Assembly: GCA_043228905.1 (NCBI GenBank)
Contig: JBHGNT010000016.1
Span: forward strand, 14,942,001-15,006,000
Source of the DNA: Azolla caroliniana
Taxonomy: Eukaryota > Plantae > Polypodiophyta
DNA length: 64,000 nt
Direction: 5' to 3'
This document shows, piece after piece, positions 51,283 through 64,000 of this stretch. Position numbers and translations under genes: made by a program. Position 1 is the first letter of the stretch; every line of letters begins with the position of its first letter. The notes under the pieces are model-generated. The model made no database searches. It saw only the letters and a program-made list of their open reading frames with translations, and was not told where the DNA came from.

Positions 51283-51415
51283 TGTCAGGAACTCTATTAA
51301 GGCAGAGAAGGAATTAGTACTAAAAGAAGGATTAGTACTATTGTTGGGGAATAGTACTAAGACAGAGAAGGATTAGTACTATGAGAGGTGTCGAACTTTG
51401 AGAGAAGGAATGAGT

Positions 51416-51459
<44 letters not shown>

Positions 51460-51749
51460 TGATGCGAAAGATATATGTATTATATGACGGAAGATATACA
51501 ACAGTAGTTAGAAGGCTTAAGACTGGCGTTGAACCGATTTGGTTCGAACTAATGCCTTGCGCCTCCTTTTATAGTGTCTTCAGGAATACTCCTGAAGTTT
51601 CTAGAATGTTCCAGAGAAATCTGGAATATACATCAATTTCCTAATAAAACCTAAATGAAAATAATATCCTTCAAATTACAACTCATAACCTAATGGTAAA
51701 GTCTCGACCCGTGTAACAAAAGGTTATGGGTTCGAGTCTAGTTATGACA
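51283..51749 (-). repeat. 5' LTR of the outer chromovirus (467 bp)
   Basis: Direct repeat of 39234-39708; TATAAAA on the minus strand at 51573-51567. Confidence 0.97.
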
Positions 51750-51754
51750 CCCAC

Positions 51755-53943
51755 ATGCTTGTAAGGACTTGTTGGACTCCATGTATGCAGATGACACCAT
51801 GCTCTATCTGCAAGGCAATGATGCTAATTTACAGCAGGCTGAAAATCGAATTGAGTTGTTCTGTAAAGCATCAGGTGGGAAAATTAATTGGAACAAAAGT
51901 AGAGGGTTTTGGGTAAGTCCAAACTCTTGGCCGAATTGGCAACCTAATGCTGATTTTCAATGGGTTCCTAATGGAAGGGCTGTTAAGTATTTGGGCTTTT
52001 TGGTGGGAATAGAGATTCAGAAAAATCAGCAACTTGAGCAAGTGAAAGACAAAATCAGAAAAAAGCTTCGGTTATGGGCATCAGTAAAGCTTTCCCTTGC
52101 AGGTAGAGTGGTTGTGGTAAACCATATTTTGTTGGCCACCATGTGGCACTCGTTGGCATGCTGGATGTTAGATAAAGAGTGCATAAAAAATATTAAGGCA
52201 ATGGTGAGAGGGTTCCTTTGGTCGGGTAGAGACCATGAGACTGCTTCAGCTAAAGTGGCCTGGAGTTGTTTGATCAAGGCAAAAAGTCAAGGTGGACTTG
52301 GGATGGTGGATCCAGGTCACCAAAGTAAGGCTTTACTTGGTAAGCTCTTGGTGCGAAGTCTCCAACCTGGACCAGAATTGTGGAAATTGCTTCTTAGAGA
52401 CAGAGCTGAACTCTGGAGTCCGAGGAATGGCGGCCCTTGGAAGGCAAAGATGTGGTGGTTGTTCAGTCCAGGCCTAACGTTAAAAGAACCTACTAGCATG
52501 GAGGATAGGGTGGCCCGCACCATAATGAGGGCCTGGTCAAGTTTAAGAGAGGGGCTGGTCTTAATGCAGCCAAAAACAATGGAGGAACAACTCCGTCAAC
52601 CTCTGTTTTGGAACCCCAGGATTCGAAGTGATGATGGTATGATGCTTGGTCAGAAAAAATACTTGCCATGGGGAAAAATGGTAGGGTACAATGTTAGTTC
52701 AGTAAGAGACTGGGAGGAGTTCAAAAGGAGAAGAAGGGAGGGTCTGGTTGGAAGTCCTAGATTTACCGGCAGGCTGGAAAAGGTTACCCACTTGATAGAT
52801 AAGGCTGTTGATGGTCTAGCTAGGCTGAATGAAGAAGAGGGGGTCTGGTTTGGGTGGTTTGTAGGTGAGGGCGATGCGCAAATTATCCGAGGCAGGTGCC
52901 CATCTAATGAGTATCGTTTGTGGGGCAACCTAAGTGCTTTGGCAGACAATGGCCAATGGTTGGCAGTGCGAGTGGCAATGTTGGAAGGTAAGAAGTGGCT
53001 AGTAAACCCGGACCCAGGGAAGCTGGAATCTGATCGTAAACTCTGGATAGTTGACAACAAGCCCATATGTGATCTGGATTGGGATCCACTAGAGGTGTGG
53101 TGGCAGAAACCGGGTACAGACAAACTTGAACGGTTTTTCGAGTACACTACCAAGCTAGGAAGGCAAATCATTGGCTCTAAATTGATGGGTGCTGGCCTAA
53201 CTCGCAATAGTTGGAAGGATAAAGGCATTTCTGATGACTGGTTGAAGTCGTTTTGGAGGAGGCTATGGGCGTTTGATATGCCAGAAAAAATAAAGCTTTG
53301 GTTGTGGCTTCTTAGCCACAAAGCGGTGCCAGTGGGGGAGTGGCTTAGGTGTCGTGGTGGTGAGGCTGGATGCAAAAGGTGTGGACACCCTTTGGAATCA
53401 ATTCCTCATTGTTTTTGGAACTGCAGCGAGGCTATTAACATTTGGGGTAGAAGTCTCAGGATAGTGGCAGCATGCGGAGTGAATGGGAGAGTTGTATGGG
53501 GGTCCGTACAAGGGCTGAAGTTAACAGGGGAAGGCTGGGCTGAACAGTTAAATCCCCACGGACATGGTTTTATAGTGCAGGATGGCAAGGTGTTTCAACG
53601 GGCTGGAGTTCGACATGGCACTAACTCAGAATTTTTTGAGGAGATATGGATGATGGTGTCTTATTTATCGGTCTGGCACATTTGGACCAACCGTTGTAAA
53701 TTTGTTTTTCAACAACAAAAGATCCCTAGCGGTGAGGTATTATTAAATATCTGGTTTGAGTTGGTATCTTGGCTGCGGGGACGATACGACTCAATCAAGG
53801 GGGAATCTGATGCAGCTGAAAGATCTCGATCAAAGTTCTTGCTGAAATGGGGTAATTCTCCTATGGTGGGCAGATCCTCATCAGGGCCTCAATGGAACTA
53901 CCAAGCACCCCGATGGCTGTTTCCGGTTTCCAACAGCGTCTAG
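51755..53943 (+). CDS. LINE ORF2 C-terminal part (RT YADD to zinc finger)
   Basis: SMYADD, KINWNKS, KYLG, LSLAGRV, GGLG and CKRCGHPLESIPHCFWNC. Confidence 0.92.
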
Positions 53944-54965
53944 GTGCTGTAAATCTGTATAGATATGGTACAAATTATTAGGTTATTGGAGTTGTTTGGA
54001 TACGTTTGTTGAAAATGAGGTGGGGACTATGTCCACTTTGGTGGGAAGGCCAGAGTGAGGGATGGTGAGAAGAACTTTGGGTGTTCTATGATGTAATTTT
54101 GTTTGCTAACTAATGCGAAGTAGTGTTTTTTTGGGAAAAAAAAAAAAAAAAATACTAATAAATTATAATAGTGGTAAATTGGTAATGATTTAAGTGGCAA
54201 AACCATAGTGTATAACCCTTTTATTAGTATTACATGTTTACTCACATATATAAGTTATATAACCCTTGTCACCTATAGGGTTAGTGGTAAAACCATATAT
54301 GTAGTATAGGAGATGTTGCATGGTAACTCCTCTATTAACAATCAAGATGGTTCTTCCTATGAATCCTCTTAAGAACAATTCTGAAGAGAAGACCATCATG
54401 CCTCTTGCTAGGAAATGGATTGGGGCAAAACAATTGTTATGGAGCACATAAACCCATCGGTTGTTTGTAGAATTTCTTTTGGCGTTTGCATGCACCTCAA
54501 AACTAGTTTGATAGCTACATAGATACTCTCCTTCTCGGACCAATCCATAGACATTTCATCCACCGGTCCAACTGTCAAGTCATAAAGTTGGTGTTATCAC
54601 TTTATAAACTAGTCATCTCTTCGAGGAAGTATACACACATCATCTCACTATAGAATCATTACAATGATCCAGCCAATGCTTTTTCGCCATCATTGTCCTT
54701 TAGGAGAGACAGTTGGCCATTTGACAAACTATTTGTAAAATGAACAATGACGCAAGTGACAAGAACTCTAGGATGTGTTTTGTAACATAGAAATTAGGAA
54801 GTATCAACCAGTCCATCTGTGGCCCTATAATAACTAAGCAAACTTGTGATCAAAATTGTCCATTACAACCGATAACATGCAAGACGTCCTATGCATTTGT
54901 GCAGAATGGCCCACCCATTGTGGTTGACTAGAGCAACTAGAGCATCATGGTTATCATCAATGTGT

Positions 54966-55752
54966 TTGGACCACTTCGTTAACAACTGAGAGATACTTGG
55001 ATTGTTGTGTCAAATTAATTGAGCTCAATTGCGATTCATGGGGAACATCCAACCTAATCTTTCTCTAGGTGATTGCTTGTTCCCTCCAAAAGGACCTCTC
55101 TAAATGCCACTAATCATCTACATTGGACCACTTCGTTAACAACTGAGAGATACTTGGATTGTTGTGTCAAATTAATTGAGCTCAATTGCGATTCATGGGG
55201 AACATCCAACCTAATCTTTCTCTAGGTGATTGCTTGTTCCCTCCAAAAGGACCTCTCTAAATGCCACTAATCATCTACATTGGACCACTTCGTTAATAAC
55301 TGAGAGATACTTGGATTGTTGTGTCAAATTAATTGAGCTCAATTGCGATTCATGGGGAACATCCAACCTAATCTTTCTCTAGGTGATTGCTTGTTCCCTC
55401 CAAAAGGACCTCTCTAAATGCCACTAATCATCTACATTGGACCACTTCGTTAACAACTGAGAGATACTTGGATTGTTGTGTCAAATTAACTGAGCTCAAT
55501 TGCGATTCATGGGGAACATCCAACCTAATCTTTCTCTAGGTGATTTGCTTGTTCCCTCCAAAAGAACCTCTCTAAATGCCACTAATCATCTACATTGGAC
55601 CACTTCGTTAATAACTGAGAGATACTTGGATTGTTGTGTCCAATTAATTGAGCTCAATTGCAATTCATGGGGAACATCCAACCTAATCTTTCTCTAGGTG
55701 ATTGCTTGTTCCCTCCAAAAGAACCTCTAAATGCCACTAATCATCTACATTG
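54966..55752. repeat. Tandem array of five ~157-bp units
   Basis: TTGGACCACTTCGTTAA starts at 54966, 55123, 55280, 55437 and 55595; copies nearly identical. Confidence 0.95.
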
Positions 55753-56173
55753 TCATCACCGTAGGATGTATGGTTCCCATATACAAGATGCACAAGATAG
55801 TGAGTGTGGTTGCATAGTGACTCTCCTCCATGTTCACAACAACTTTTCACATGGAAAATGACTGAAAGCTTGATGTTTTAAGGAATTTTCCATCCAAATG
55901 GTGAAGACATCATAAACAGTTACTCTTTCTTGCCACCACAAGTAGAAATCATTTTTGCGATTACATTAAGAATCATCATAATAGAATGAATGAAATGTTG
56001 ATGGGTTCACAATGTGACGAGATAGATGGTCACACTAGCATTAGCATTGTATGTACCCTGAAAGAGTAAACCTAGCAAATAGTAGTAATAAGTACAAAGT
56101 ATTAAGATAAGATAAGCCTAGCTAGCTTAGTTTAGGTAGCTGTGCCTGCCTCCCCATCTTTTTTCCTTCCTTC

Positions 56174-57573
<1,400 letters not shown>

Positions 57574-57834
57574 AGCGAAGGACGCTTTGATCTTTTTAGT
57601 TCCTTTTTCTTCGTCTTTCCCGTTATGTAGAGAGACTGTGTAGTAATAAGCAGTAATAGCCAGCTAGTGGTAGACTGTAGTAGTACTATGTGAAATTGTG
57701 AATAATAATACTAATATTATTATTATTAGTATTATTAGTAGTGGTGAATGTAATGTTGATAAGACCGCCGTCCCTTGGCTGTTATGTTGATTCACATTAA
57801 ATGCATGGATGGGCCCCTGGGATCGGAAGATATC

Positions 57835-57874
57835 CACGTGGCCATGCCACGTGGCATTCATCTTCTTACGTGGC
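57835..57874. promoter_or_regulatory. G-box/ABRE cluster upstream of the peroxidase
   Basis: CACGTG at 57835 and 57848 (within TGCCACGTGGCA) and ACGTGGC at 57868, 260-300 bp upstream of the ATG. Confidence 0.5.
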
Positions 57875-60800
57875 TCGCTGCTCTTCTGATTTTTGTTTCC
57901 CCCCCTCCTCCCCATTTCATTTCTTAGCGCGTTTTTTTTAGTTCGTTACGTTACTTTTTGGTCTACACGGTTTGTCGGTTCCACATTTACTTGCTTATGT
58001 CCTGCGTCCAAGTGACACACACACACACTCTCTCTCTCTCTCTCTCTCTCCCTCTCTCTCTCACTTTTTCCCTTTCCATCCAATCCATCCACATCGAGAC
58101 AACCATCCTCTCCTTTGCTTTTTGCCTTTTGCCTTTTGCCTTTTGCTTTTTGCTTGCCGAAACTTGCTTAGCGTGCACCTCTCGTATACACACTATCTCA
58201 CACCGATCCCATGTGCATCTCTCAGCATTTACGGGCTATCTCACCAACCCTCAATATGTATCAACTATCTCGCTTTTATGTCAAACCTTTCATAATCCCC
58301 AATCTCACTTTTATGTCAAACCTTTCACAATCCCTAGTCTTCTTTATCTGCACTCTTTCTCTCGCACAACTCATGGACCGAGACGTTTGAGCTTTGCTCC
58401 TCTGGGATTTGTCGCCATCGGTTTCAATCCAGCAACGCAAAAACTATTGCTTGCTTTCCTTACACATTCAACCTCAAAACTTAATCTACATATATATCTA
58501 ACAAAGAGTTGTGTCCTAATTCTTTGTATGTCCAAGGAGTGGACAGAGAAGTGGGCCACAAGATTGTTTCTTACTTGAAACCTCACTCCTCATGCTAGTA
58601 AAACCTCGCAACTTAATAAATGTCCTCGAAGTTTAATAGGCATTTTAACAATCATGGTTAGCCTCAAGATAATTGTAGTTCCCCATGGAAGGAAGTTATC
58701 TTTAGTTTTAGACTTTATCAAATATTATTCGAGATACCTATTGAAATTGTATTAGCGAAACTCCCTCCCCCCCCCTTCCCCTCACACACACAAATACTCA
58801 TCAGTATATAACTTTGACGGTACTTATAACATCCAACGGAGATAAAATACTAAAAATGGTGCTCAATGTGTATAAATAGTGTTCATGTAGCACATAAATA
58901 TATGTGTAATTCATTGTATGACAACAACATCCTAACTTATCACTCATGATTGTAACGAGCCAAGATTGTCTAGCTTGGTTGTGTCAAAAAATAGCATCTA
59001 ATCTCCCACATAACCTCATTCCCTTCTTTATATAAGAACCATTCAATTGTTTGCTGTCATTGCCTTCCTTGCTTTGAAGTAAAAACTTTTAACCCTCACA
59101 AAAAGAACTAACCTCATGAAAGGTTGAGATCCATTTCCTTCTTTACCTAAGAACCATACAATCAATTTCTACAGTTGCCTTGGTTATTGTGAACCATAAG
59201 AGCTTTAACACCCACCAAAAGCAATCACCTTATGGAAGGCTTGAATGCATTTCCTTTTTTGAAGAAGATCTGTGCATTCAATTAGAGCTATTTTGTATGT
59301 TGTTGAGAAAGGGTGCTAGAGCTTAAAGCAGTAGATTGCTTATGCTTGGATAATCCAAAGAGGATCATATATAGACAACACAATGTAAGATATGACATAG
59401 TTATTGCATGGTTGAGATACCAATCGTCTTGAATGTGACATCTTCATTTTCTCAATGAAGTTTTTGATTGATAAGATCTATATTGGATATTGTGTTATTG
59501 ATAGAATCATACTTGAATTGTAATGTTATGCTTTCTTATCAATAGGTTTGGCTCCATGCATTGCATCATCAACAATATAGAAGTTACAAATTCTTGTTTT
59601 AGTTCCATACATAGCCTCGAGCTCGTCAATTATTTTACATGCTATAGCATTCTCTCCATACACAACTTCTTTGTATATTATTTTACAACATCTAGGGACT
59701 TAGAAATGTGTGTGTTATGGTATTGTGATTGGTACAAGTTAAAAGGAGCAAATTTTGATATTCCACAATAGTGATTATATTTCCCATAGTTTCAAAATAT
59801 GGAAGAATGAGGGAATTCGAAGTATAGTTGAACATGGATGAATGTATGGTTGAGAATGTATAACAAATTCTTGCTATATTAACTTTTTTAACGTGTTCAA
59901 AATTTGCTAGGATTAGTAGGTAATGTTTCCTCCTCTCACTTACCATGACAAAGAAGATGGATTATCCTAAGCTCAATCCATGGATCCAATGTGACATGTA
60001 TTTGTATATAATAAAGTATTGTATATTCTAGTATATATACATTCCAGAATAATCTAGAGCCTTTAGTGTATTCTAGAAATATTCTATGGTGTATTCTAGA
60101 CAGTGTAGCTGAATGTCGATGGACATTCTTGATAATGTATGAATATGTTATGTTGATGAAATTAAAGGTGCAAATTGGGGGATCTAAACATTGCCACATA
60201 TCAACCTCATTGAAACATTATGAATGATAAATGTGATGCATAGAGACCACGCAAAAGTGAGGAGATTAAGGAAAGGGCGAACATACAGATTAACCATTGG
60301 AAATGTATATTCAAAGAGATGCAAGAGATCAGGACATTTGTGTGTCTGATTTACTCCAAAAACACAACAATTTCTTGTAATATTGGACTTATTTGATTTA
60401 TTCTAAATTGGCTAGGACTAGAAGTAGGCATTTCCACCTCTTGTTAATGCATTGGTAAAATGAATAAATCTCTTATCATTATTTTGAGCATCAACATTAT
60501 GAATCATCATAAATTTCCGGTGCTTATAAAGTTATCATAAAATTCATGAAATTGATAGAATAAGCAAAAAGTAGTCAGCAGCTTTACATATGAGTAGTAA
60601 TGAGATATTGTCGGGTGACACTTATAGTCAATCATAAGTATTTTGTGATTGTCTGTCCTGTCTTGCTTTTGTAGTGGAGCTTTTTGCCAAAAACATTTAT
60701 TGTTGCCATGTGACAATGCTTTGAAAGGTTCATGTAATAATTTTAGTAAATGTTGGTGATTCTTAAATTGTTTACAAAAACACACACAAGATTCATAATT

Positions 60801-62104
60801 CAAGAGAAAACAATCAACAAACAAATACTTCTTTTTGAAGGGAGGTATTCACAAAACACCTAATGTCGTATTGTATATAGTTATACGACAAAATACAATG
60901 TCAAAGTTTTGGCATGTTATTAAACATCAAATTTGAAATAGTTATAATTTTTAGTAAACAAAGAGAAAAGTTTGTAGCACACTCGGAGTTTACAATAATT
61001 GGTGATGAAGAACAATCAATGATATCATTTCCATGTTATGAAAGGTATGTATTTCCATGTTATGAAAGGTATGTAAGGTGGAAGAGGAGAGAAGGAGTGA
61101 GCCCAATGATAAATGGCATTGAAGAAAAAATGCATTAGTTCGTTCATACTAAACATTTAGTATAGTATGAATATTTTCAAGTTAGTAATAGAACATGGAA
61201 AAATACAAATGATTAATGCATTATAAAAGCCATTAGAAAGTAGGAACAAATGAACAAATGGTATAAATATTTATTGGTTTTTTCACTGTTAGTAAGAGAA
61301 AGATGGAGCAAAAGCCTTACAAAAGTAAAGAGTTATCCGAACACACCAATCCAATAATTAAGGGCAAGTCTAGCAAGTGCTCCATCTCAAGATAAAATTG
61401 AGACATAGTTGGGCATTGTCCTTCCACTCCACATAGTGGCTAATCCAAATCTTTGAGTTGAAGTTCTCAGTTGATGCTCATCCCATTCAAAGGGAGCAAC
61501 ATATGAATAGCCGGAATAAAGACAATCAAGTTGCCATGCGCACGGCTGAAATAACAAATTTTGAAATGCAATTTTGTGTGTGTATTTGTCTCTAAGACTT
61601 ATGAAGAGGGATATATTGAGTTTGTAAATACGGTTTAAGGTTATAACTAGAAAAATATACGTAAAAGAAAATCTCACGAGATACCACGCATACAAAAAAC
61701 CACTACGCAAATTATATGTCAATCATATGAACAAACGTGAACACATTATCATATGAACAACCATCGTGGTTTAATATTGTGAATACCCAAAACTAGTTTA
61801 CTAAGAATTATGTTAACATAAATCATATTATTAGGATACCAAATATACTTAAACAATAAGTTCAATGAATCATATGTAATGATAGAGTAAAAAGCAAATG
61901 TTCGATGGAAATTATACGTAACCATAAGATTTACAAGTCAAAACACATTTAAGACACATTGAAAAGAGACACCCAAATGATAGAGTAAAGACAAAAAGTT
62001 ACTAGGAGATTATAATCAAACCAAAAGTTGTTACAATTCAAAATAATGTTCAATTCATACAAGAACCACTATACATACATACATACATACATACACATAT
62101 ATAC

Positions 62105-64000
62105 ATTCCATTATTAAATCTTGCACTAACTGCTCTTCAAGATCAACTGACTATTGTGTCATATCAACATTTGCCTCGTTTGTTTGTTCAGCTGAATCAA
62201 GCATCTATTCGAACTGTATGTAGTACATCCTCAAGATCAACAAGGTCCCCTCCTTTGTCTATAGGTTCCATCGGTTCTCTAGAGGTCAATTGGAACATCT
62301 CAGTTTCATTAATATGCTTTGCCCCAACCTCTTGGTCTTGGTCGGGACAATCCCAAATACCTTGGATTCTCATTTTAATAAAGTTAACTTGTGAAGGGTC
62401 CTTCTCCAAGGTGACACAGTTCCTAAACATCTTTAAATCACATGCAGTCGTAGTTCTTGAAAAAACAATCGTAATTGCGTAGGTGAGAAAACATATTCGG
62501 GAAAATCAATTTTATTTTAAGATAAATTGATCATGCTTGTAAGAATACCTGTTCCAGAAAATAAGTCCAGAACCCAACCATCGGGGTTAGAAAATAGCTC
62601 GATCAATCGATTGATTAATCTTTGTGGTTTTTGTTAGGGGTTCATTATACTTTTATCGCTAGAGACATGGCACAACTTCTTCGTCATAGTTGGGCACACG
62701 ATATAATTTACGACATTTCGCTCATTCACATGTGCCCGAGCCTTCCACTTAGAAATTGCATCATAGTACCCCAAGCACAAATATTCCACAATGCTCACCA
62801 TTCGATCACCTGGGGTATGAGTTATATTCCTTTTAACCCTATTTGTATAATGGAATGGAAATAAGTAAATATCATCAAATTTTCTGTATAGTAAGTGCAT
62901 TTGAAATCATATATTAATTGTTGAGATATCAAGCTCAACTAGTTTAATCTAGTTAGTCAACACATTTAACTTAGTAGTTACCTAGATCGAATCTAGTTAA
63001 TGTGTTGACCTTAAGCCTTTAAATAGGACCTTGTACTTAAGTGGGATATTCTAGATCCTCCACTCCTTAGTACATTTAATGTAGGACTTACACATAAGTA
63101 CCTATGTTCTACCCACACATGTGCACCTTTGCACATGGGTTGTATATATACCTCATTGTGGGTATTTTTGTATGTTGATGACACTTTTTAATATAGTCAA
63201 TCATCCCCCATTTATCGTCGTGTTCATAAGTGTAACTTCCTCTCTCTCTCTCTTCCTCTCACACACTCTCACGTGCATATCATACTAATCTTCCGTTGCT
63301 TAACGTAACCATATAATTAGTCTCTAATTAACCCTAGTTAATTACCTAATTACTTAACATTAATATATAGTAACTTGAAGCTTACCAATGTATGTGTTTA
63401 GTTGCATGGCATCTCGACTTTAACGCAGTAATGACTGATAAAGATTGACCATACTATGGAATATTACGATTCGCTACAAAGGAGCCAAGGCCAACTTTGC
63501 AAAGTCCTTCACCATCTTTTCTATTTGCGGATACTTATACAACACGTCATCATATGTGGATCCGGTTATTCGAAATCTATATGGTATATCCGCGACAAGC
63601 AACATATAATGCCTCTTAGGTAATATGTCAAGCATATTACCCGCATCCCCATTATATACACAATAATACAATTGGCGGAAAGGATCACCCTTGTATAGAA
63701 AACTCTTCACTATATTTGAGTTTTCGGGCACCTACAGCTCCTTTCCCTTTGTCATTTGCTTTTCATATTTCTCTCATTCCAAATGGGTGATAAATGTGCT
63801 TGGTATGCCTTCATTACTATCACCCAGTTTTTTCGAGCGAGGTAGTTTATGCAATTATCAATTTTGTAAGAAAATATCCATTATCCTATAATCAATTAAT
63901 ATTGTAGACACACACCCATTCTCTAAATACTATAAAGAATTCTTCAAGAGCCTTGTATGATGATGTTTTAGGGCATGATTGCTCCACTTCTTCCCACATT
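62105..64000 (-). pseudogene. Decayed intron-containing beta-class amino-DNA-methyltransferase (N6_N4_Mtase-like); N-terminus outside the window
   Basis: Inferred exons >64000-63916, ~63848-63386, 62838-62549 and 62456-~62105 give VYNGDAGNMLDILPKRHYMLLVADIPY...W|VKRN...R...VEYL...NP*QKPQRLINRLIELFSNPDGWVLDLFSGT|GTTTAC.LKMFRNCVTLEKDPSQVNFIKMRI; several stops and frameshifts. Confidence 0.8.

Larger units (their letters stand above)
39234..51749 (-). mobile_element. Ty3/gypsy chromovirus LTR retrotransposon (outer element)
   Basis: TG...CA LTRs at 39234-39708 and 51283-51749; TSD CCCAC at 39229-39233 and 51750-51754; PPT AAGGGGGGATAG; order gag, PR, RT-RH-IN-chromodomain. Confidence 0.97.
38019..54152 (+). 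mobile_element. 5'-truncated L1-type LINE, interrupted by nested LTR elements
   Basis: RT N-half 38045-39233 (WRPITLLN..YKI, LDFEKAYDRV, SVRQGCPLAP) and C-half 51755-53943 (YADD, KYLG, zf-RVT CKRC..HCFWNC); poly(A) 54136-54152; candidate TSD AAATACTA at 38011-38018 and 54150-54157. Confidence 0.9.

Noticed and set aside
54240-54960. Possible Copia RT remnant on the minus strand (NNRWVY...FLARG)
   Set aside because: Too degenerate to call without a profile search
57958-58578. 206-aa ORF upstream of the peroxidase
   Set aside because: Built from CA/CT microsatellites and GCCTTTT repeats, non-ATG start, no domain
59300-60150. Possible decayed Copia RT and LTR remnant
   Set aside because: Only faint motif resemblance; no termini could be defined
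60200-62100. Searched for a transposase or terminal repeat belonging to the methyltransferase locus
   Set aside because: No convincing transposase motif or TIR visible by eye, so the mobile-element context remains unproven

Overview
AT-rich eukaryotic genomic DNA with spliceosomal introns, from a land plant, most likely a non-seed vascular plant such as a fern (inferred from gene content and TE types). Host genes in order: the 3' part of an AtuA/DUF1446-family gene, an intronless P-class PPR gene, VPS45, a PLS-PPR pseudogene, an intronless GH81 beta-1,3-glucanase, an nsLTP and a GC-rich class III peroxidase. The centre (38.0-54.2 kb) is a three-level nest: a 5'-truncated LINE is split by a young chromodomain Ty3/gypsy element (5-bp TSD CCCAC, apparent Tf1-type self-priming, -1 frameshift signal), which is split in turn by a very GC-rich, intact, atypical Ty3/gypsy element (4-bp TSD ACGT, tRNA-Trp PBS, protease in the gag ORF, slippery site plus pseudoknot). 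The most notable signal is at the right edge (62.1-64.0 kb, minus strand). Three short ORF fragments there join across intron-like gaps into a decayed, bacterial-type beta-class amino-DNA-methyltransferase (N6A/N4C; DIPY ... WxKxN ... P-QKP..LI..LI..FS....VLDLFSGTGTT ... RNCVTLEKD). Its N-terminal part lies outside the window. All calls come from reading the sequence by eye; no searches were run.
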